A stretch of DNA of 64,000 nucleotides, taken from positions 192,001 to 256,000 of the forward strand of contig CP084167.1 of assembly GCA_021513715.1 (NCBI GenBank). The letters run 5' to 3'. Positions 58,904-64,000 of this stretch are shown here, one piece after another. Made by a program: the position numbers and the translations under genes. The notes below the pieces were generated by a model, which was given only the letters and a program-made list of their open reading frames with translations, was not told the origin of the DNA and ran no database searches. Origin of the DNA: Candidatus Heimdallarchaeum endolithica. Lineage in GTDB: Archaea > Asgardarchaeota > Heimdallarchaeia > Heimdallarchaeales > Heimdallarchaeaceae. Position 1 is the stretch's first letter. Every line of letters begins with the position of its first letter.

Positions 58904-59845
58904 TTGATGTCAATTGATGAGTACCTAGACAGTTTATTATCTGAAGGATCTTCCCCTACAAAAACTGCAATCGCAAAATTAACTAGACTACTTGAAAATT
59001 TTGGAAGTATTATGATTAAATCTACAGAAAGAATTGAAGATGCTATTAATGAATTAGATGCAAGAATAACAGCTTTAGAAAATAAATTAGGAGGAGCACC
59101 AGGAGGAGGAATGAGGATGCCTAGTGCTCCAAGTATAGGAGGAGGTACACCAAGTCCTTCAATACCTTCTGCACCTAACTTGAGTTCTGGACCAACTTCA
59201 GGACCAAATTTAGGAGGGGGAGGTACCCCAGCTCCCAATCTAAGTGGAGCTCCTGCACCAGCACCAAATCTAGGAGCAGGACCAGGTTCGCCTGGATTTG
59301 CAAGTGAAATAGCTAATGCTGCAAAATCTTTACAAAAAGCTCCTGTACAACAATCACCAGCCCCCGGCGGACCAGGACCTATGGGAGGTGGAGGAGTAGG
59401 ACCATTAGGTGGACCAACAGCATCAGCGATTTTGGAAGCTAAAGCAAAATTACAAAAAGCTCCTGTACAACAATCATCAACCCCCGGCGGACCAGGACCT
59501 ATGGGAGGTGGAGGAGTAGGACCATTAGGTGGACCATCAGCATCAGCGATTTTGGAAGCTAAAGCAAAGTTAAAGAAAGTTGATCCTGATGCTCATAAGA
59601 AGGAGAGAGAAGAAGCAGCACAAGTATCAAGACCTCTTTCTCCACAACAAGCATTACTCTCTGAGGTTAAAGCAGCTCAACAAAAGAGATCTCAACGAAT
59701 GGAAGAATCAGAAGAAGCTAGTGTAGTATCAGAACCTACTCCAGCTACTCCAAAGAAATCAACAAAACAAATGAAAGAATCGCTTCAAAATGAATTAAGA
59801 GCAGCTTTCAGTAGTTTATTAAATGATGATGAAGAAGAAAAATGA
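58904..59845 (+). CDS. Pro/Gly-rich protein with N-terminal coiled coil, tandem WH2-like motifs and acidic C-terminus (candidate actin regulator)
   Basis: Heptad region IEDAINELDARITALENKL; P/G-rich linkers; helix + L(Q/K)K(A/V) motifs x3; C-terminal amphipathic helix then DDEEEK. Confidence 0.65.
   Translation: MMSIDEYLDSLLSEGSSPTKTAIAKLTRLLENFGSIMIKSTERIEDAINELDARITALENKLGGAPGGGMRMPSAPSIGGGTPSPSIPSAPNLSSGPTSGPNLGGGGTPAPNLSGAPAPAPNLGAGPGSPGFASEIANAAKSLQKAPVQQSPAPGGPGPMGGGGVGPLGGPTASAILEAKAKLQKAPVQQSSTPGGPGPMGGGGVGPLGGPSASAILEAKAKLKKVDPDAHKKEREEAAQVSRPLSPQQALLSEVKAAQQKRSQRMEESEEASVVSEPTPATPKKSTKQMKESLQNELRAAFSSLLNDDEEEK
59330..59569 (+). repeat. Intragenic tandem duplication, 2 x 120 bp (40 aa)
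   Basis: 59330-59449 and 59450-59569 differ at about 4 positions. Confidence 0.95.
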
Positions 59846-59934
59846 ACAAATTCTTATTCTTCAGTCCCTTTTATTAAAAATATGAGCCCATCTTGTCTTT
59901 GATTATAATTAATTTATTATTTATGTGGTAGAAA

Positions 59935-62022
59935 ATGTATATTCAAAAAACTAAAAATATAATTGAATTTTTGTTAAATGGTGGAAAAGACCTAAAAATA
60001 GAAGAAGAGTTACTAGAACAAGTTCAGCAGTTTAGTAAAACAATTGAAACTGGAGAAATCGAGGAAATTCCCAAAAGTATAAGTAATATCTTCAATCTTT
60101 CATGGAACTCATCAATAGATATTGAACATAAGGAACAATTCTTGTCTTTACTATTTATATTGTATGCAAAAGATTTAATTGATATTAAAATTCTAAAAGA
60201 AAATTTTCAACATTTTCAGCTCACAAATGATTTAAAACATGAATATGTAATTATGTCTTTCTTAATTTATTCAATCAAGAATAACAAGAGTAAAGAAATA
60301 GACTATATTCAATATCTAAACTTTTGTAGAGAAATTGGCATAAGACCTAGATATTTCTCAGAATTTAAAACAATTCTAGAAAAACTTGAACTACCTTTTT
60401 CTATTAGTCAAAAAGATCAAAATTTGGCAGAAAAATTAGAAAAAGTGGTTAAATTTTTACAGGAGAAATCCAACTATTTAGAAGAGTTTATACCCAATTT
60501 TCAGACAGAAGTGCTTGAATATCTAGATTTCTTTATAGATTACAAATTATTATCTGAACTAGATTTAAAATACTGTGATTTTGTTGTTTCTAAACTTTCT
60601 TTAGATAAAAAAGTAACTATTCCTGAAGTGCAAAAAAAGATTGAAAATCTTCTTAATAAGAGCAAATATCCTATAGTCCCCATTACTTACAAGCCATTTT
60701 TTGAAAAGATAAGAGAAAAAATTGAACCTAGAACAGTGAAATTAGAAGAACTGGCAAATACTCCTCCTAAATTAGTTAAGGAGTTTGCTTCAAAAAAAGC
60801 TTATTCTTGTCATAAACTAGCTCAAAAAGTAAGAATTACTTTTTTGGGTGGTGGAGGAATAGGAAATATGGCTATCCTTATTCAACATAATAACGATGCT
60901 ATTTTGCTAGACTATGGAATGAGTGTTAGTAACTATTCTATTCCTCGATGGCATCCAACTTTAAGAACAGTAAAAGCAATACTTGTAACTCATGCTCATT
61001 TAGACCACATTGGTGCTCTACCTTACCTAATGAATACTGATGAAGAAAAAAGATGGTATGGAAGTGTAAATACAAAGATTATAGGAGAAAAGTTACTTTT
61101 CAACACTTCTGCAATGCTAAAAGGAATACCTGACGAAAAACTATTCTCACCTTATTTGAAAGCAATAAAAAGTGAATCAACACTTATTGATTTCTTTAAC
61201 AGGTTTAACCCATTAAAACCTAAAAAACCTATAGAAATTTCTCCAGAGTTTCTAATTACACCTATTTCTTCTTCACATGTTTTTGGAAGTTATGGCTACT
61301 TGATTGAAATTTTTGGAAAAAGAATTTTGTTTACTGGAGATTTTAAATTAGAAAAAAGCAATCTCTTTAGTGGAGCCAAACTTCCTACAGATGCAGATGT
61401 AACTATTTTTGATGGAACCTATTATAATCGAAAGCTATCGAAGGTTGATAATGAAACAACTGTTTTAAATGCAGTTAAACAAAACAGTAAGGTCATTATT
61501 CCTGCTTTTTCTGTTGGTAGAGCACAAGAAATGTATTCCTTACTGGAAAAACTTCGTCTAACTAAAGAGCATAATATAAAAATTGTTGGATTAGCTAGCG
61601 AAATAACTAAATTAATGGGTATCCCAGGAGATCATACATTGTTAAAAAGCATGAATGCTGACGAATTTGAAGATGGTGATATTGTAATAGCAGGAAATGG
61701 TATGCTTCAAGGAGGAACTTCCAGACTACTATTGGAAGAAACAAGAAATGATGACAATGTTGGAGTAATTATTTGTGGTTATCAAGCACCAGAAACTTTA
61801 GGTTATTCACTAAAAACAAATCATCCTGTCGCTTTGAATCAATATTCTCAACAAATTTATAACCTCCAAATAAGTGGACATACCACACCCAAAAATTTGG
61901 ATGTGTTTATTTCAGAACTTAGTGGAAAAAAAATAATGGTTCATACTCCAGAAAATATTATAGTTAAACACAAAGATATAGTTGTCCCTAAATTTAGTGA
62001 AACTTTGGCATTAAACGTTTAA
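59935..62022 (+). CDS. Metallo-beta-lactamase / beta-CASP ribonuclease (CPSF3-like) with roughly 290-aa N-terminal extension
   Basis: LLDYG, THAHLDHIGAL, SHVFGS, FTGDF, PAFSVGRAQE, GYQAPET, SGH, VH. Confidence 0.88.
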   Translation: MYIQKTKNIIEFLLNGGKDLKIEEELLEQVQQFSKTIETGEIEEIPKSISNIFNLSWNSSIDIEHKEQFLSLLFILYAKDLIDIKILKENFQHFQLTNDLKHEYVIMSFLIYSIKNNKSKEIDYIQYLNFCREIGIRPRYFSEFKTILEKLELPFSISQKDQNLAEKLEKVVKFLQEKSNYLEEFIPNFQTEVLEYLDFFIDYKLLSELDLKYCDFVVSKLSLDKKVTIPEVQKKIENLLNKSKYPIVPITYKPFFEKIREKIEPRTVKLEELANTPPKLVKEFASKKAYSCHKLAQKVRITFLGGGGIGNMAILIQHNNDAILLDYGMSVSNYSIPRWHPTLRTVKAILVTHAHLDHIGALPYLMNTDEEKRWYGSVNTKIIGEKLLFNTSAMLKGIPDEKLFSPYLKAIKSESTLIDFFNRFNPLKPKKPIEISPEFLITPISSSHVFGSYGYLIEIFGKRILFTGDFKLEKSNLFSGAKLPTDADVTIFDGTYYNRKLSKVDNETTVLNAVKQNSKVIIPAFSVGRAQEMYSLLEKLRLTKEHNIKIVGLASEITKLMGIPGDHTLLKSMNADEFEDGDIVIAGNGMLQGGTSRLLLEETRNDDNVGVIICGYQAPETLGYSLKTNHPVALNQYSQQIYNLQISGHTTPKNLDVFISELSGKKIMVHTPENIIVKHKDIVVPKFSETLALNV

Positions 62023-62194
62023 AAGTTACATTTTCTTTATAAACTTTTTAGCAAATAACAGTATTTTTTTATTTGAAGTTATATTTTTAAAAATATATTT
62101 AATTATTTCTAAAGATTTTTATGATAAATTATTTAAATAATAAAAGGTAAACGAATATAAGAGGTTCACTTATTGCTTTTAGTTTGACTTCTGT

Positions 62195-63598
62195 TTGTTT
62201 AATTCCACAGATTGTTGTTTATGGGTGAATTTAATGGAGTTTCGAAAGAGGTATAAAGCATATTTAAGAAAAGATATTGAAAAAATAGCAGAAGAGAGGA
62301 ATTTTCCTCAAGAAGTTATAGAAGAGATTAAACTTCTATCTCTTGTTTTTCCTTTTAAAACAAACAATTATGTTATGGACGAATTAATTGATTGGGAATA
62401 TTATAAATCAGACCCTACTTTTCTAATAAATTTTCCTCAGAAAGAGATGCTTCCTCCAAATGTCTATAATAGATTAAAAGATATTTATTTAAAAGGAAAC
62501 AAGGAAGAGCTTTTTCGCTATATTCACCAGATACACTTCGAACTTAATCCTCATCCAGCAGGACAACTTCAATATAATATTCCCCAATTCCAAGGAGAAA
62601 TAATAGAAGGAATTCAACATAAATATAGAGAAACAGCATTAGTCTTTCCTATTCAAGGTCAAACATGTCACGCATACTGTACTTTTTGTTTCAGATGGCC
62701 CCAATTTATTAAAGAAAAAGAGTGGAAGATGTGTTTACGAAATCCAGATAAGCTTGTAGATTATTTACAAATGCATCAAGAGGTTCAAGATCTCCTCATC
62801 ACTGGTGGAGACCCTATGATTATGCAAGCCAATGTTCTAAGGAGATATATTGACCCCATCATTGAAGCTGATATAAAACATCTTAAACGAATAAGAATAG
62901 GTTCAAAGACGCTAAGTTACTGGCCTTATAGATATTTAAGCGACAAAGACCATGAAGATATTTTAGATCTTTTTTCTGAAATTGTTGAAAACAAAAAACA
63001 TTTAGCTTTTATGGCTCATTTTAATCACCCTAATGAGTTAAAGACAGAAGCTGTAAAGGAAGCAATAAAAAGAATTTTGAAGACTGGAGCTGTGATAAGA
63101 ACGCAATCACCAATTTTGAAACACATAAATGACTCTCCTGAAGTATGGTCAGAAATGTGGATCAAACAAGTAAACCTAGGAATGATCCCTTACTATATGT
63201 TTATTGCCAGAGATACAGGGGCAAGACATTTTTTTGAGCTTCCTTTATTTGATGCATGGAAAATTTATATAAAAGCTTACAGTTCAGTTTCAGGTCTTTC
63301 AAGGACAGTAAGAGGACCAGTTATGAGTTCTTTATATGGAAAAATCCATGTCCTAGGAGTAAATAAACTAAACAATAATGAAGACGTATTTGTTTTAAGA
63401 TTCATTCAAGCTCGTAACCCTAATTGGGTAGGAAAACCTTTCTTTGCCAAGTTCAATAAACAAGCAACTTGGATAGATCAGCTTGAACCCTTATTCGGAG
63501 ACAAATTCTTCTTTGAAAAAGAAAAATACTTACATGCATTTGAAGAAGATTTAGAGGCTGCAATAGTTAAAGATACAGTTACAGAAGATGAAACATAA
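62195..63598 (+). CDS. KamA-family radical SAM aminomutase-like protein (likely start MEFRKR at 62234)
   Basis: QHKYRET, CHAYCTFCFR, TGGDP, HFNHPNEL, PYYMF. Confidence 0.88.
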   Translation: MFNSTDCCLWVNLMEFRKRYKAYLRKDIEKIAEERNFPQEVIEEIKLLSLVFPFKTNNYVMDELIDWEYYKSDPTFLINFPQKEMLPPNVYNRLKDIYLKGNKEELFRYIHQIHFELNPHPAGQLQYNIPQFQGEIIEGIQHKYRETALVFPIQGQTCHAYCTFCFRWPQFIKEKEWKMCLRNPDKLVDYLQMHQEVQDLLITGGDPMIMQANVLRRYIDPIIEADIKHLKRIRIGSKTLSYWPYRYLSDKDHEDILDLFSEIVENKKHLAFMAHFNHPNELKTEAVKEAIKRILKTGAVIRTQSPILKHINDSPEVWSEMWIKQVNLGMIPYYMFIARDTGARHFFELPLFDAWKIYIKAYSSVSGLSRTVRGPVMSSLYGKIHVLGVNKLNNNEDVFVLRFIQARNPNWVGKPFFAKFNKQATWIDQLEPLFGDKFFFEKEKYLHAFEEDLEAAIVKDTVTEDET

Positions 63599-63612
63599 TG
63601 AAAAAAAGAAGA

Positions 63613-64000
63613 TTATTTTCCCAGACCAATTGCTAGGATTTTTACTCCTTTTTCTCTAAATTCCTTATAGTCAAATGCTCTTCTTCCATCGATAACTACA
63701 GGATTTTTCATTTTTTGAATAAAGAACTCAGCAGATAAATCTCTGAACTCTTTCCATTCTGTGATTAAAATTACTGCATCAGTTTCTTTAACAGCATCTT
63801 CCATGTTCTCACAATAAATTAATTTCTCATGTGCAATCTCTTTTTTCGCGTTTTCTAAAGCTACAGGGTCTGTTGCTTTTATAGTTACCCCTTCTTCTAG
63901 TAATTTATTTATTAGAATTAAAGAGGGTGCTTCTCTCATATCATCTGTATCTGGTTTAAAAGCTAAACCCAAAAGGCCAATCGTCTTACCCTTTATATCT
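63613..64000 (-). CDS. UDP-glucose/GDP-mannose dehydrogenase family, C-terminal part (gene starts beyond the window)
   Basis: GLAFKPDTDDMREAPS, TEWKEF, IDGR. Confidence 0.92.
   Translation of the reverse strand, partial: DIKGKTIGLLGLAFKPDTDDMREAPSLILINKLLEEGVTIKATDPVALENAKKEIAHEKLIYCENMEDAVKETDAVILITEWKEFRDLSAEFFIQKMKNPVVIDGRRAFDYKEFREKGVKILAIGLGK

Noticed and set aside
58882-59238. Pro-rich minus-strand ORF
   Set aside because: Antisense shadow of GGA/CCA-rich codons in 58904-59845.
59330-59569. CRISPR array or non-coding repeat
   Set aside because: In-frame coding duplication without spacers; no CRISPR array or cas gene seen in the window.
1-64000. tRNA or rRNA genes
   Set aside because: No cloverleaf or rRNA-like GC-rich tract recognised by eye; tRNAscan-SE would confirm.

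Overview
AT-rich archaeal chromosomal window, most consistent with an Asgard archaeon (Heimdallarchaeia-like). This is inferred from a TFB-like factor, a histone, Taw1, AOR and a PAC2 chaperone, together with TPR-longin proteins, an Arf-like GTPase/longin pair, a RING-domain fusion and a Pro/Gly-rich WH2-like protein. Most of the window is housekeeping or metabolic (sat-cysC, porA/porB, asnS, type-2 serS, ltaE, gyaR, aor, ABC/MFS/DMT transporters). Two intact 1004-bp DDE insertion sequences with 6-bp target duplications are present. Main observations: (1) two small protein-free insertions (1584-1968 and about 46535-46876) that interrupt genes, have related CATGA-type inverted ends, and carry a TATA box followed by a roughly 200-230 nt highly structured RNA-like segment; in the first there is no target duplication and this segment contains a 10-nt copy of its own insertion-site flank, suggesting a possible RNA-guided non-autonomous element family; (2) a WASP/WAVE-like (coiled coil, Pro-rich, WH2 repeats, central helix, acidic tail) candidate actin regulator; (3) a box C/D guide sRNA at 8770-8835; (4) a dispersed PAPS-sulfation gene set; (5) a RING-SF2 helicase fusion paired with a membrane protein. 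All calls come from motif reading by eye; no searches or folding programs were run.
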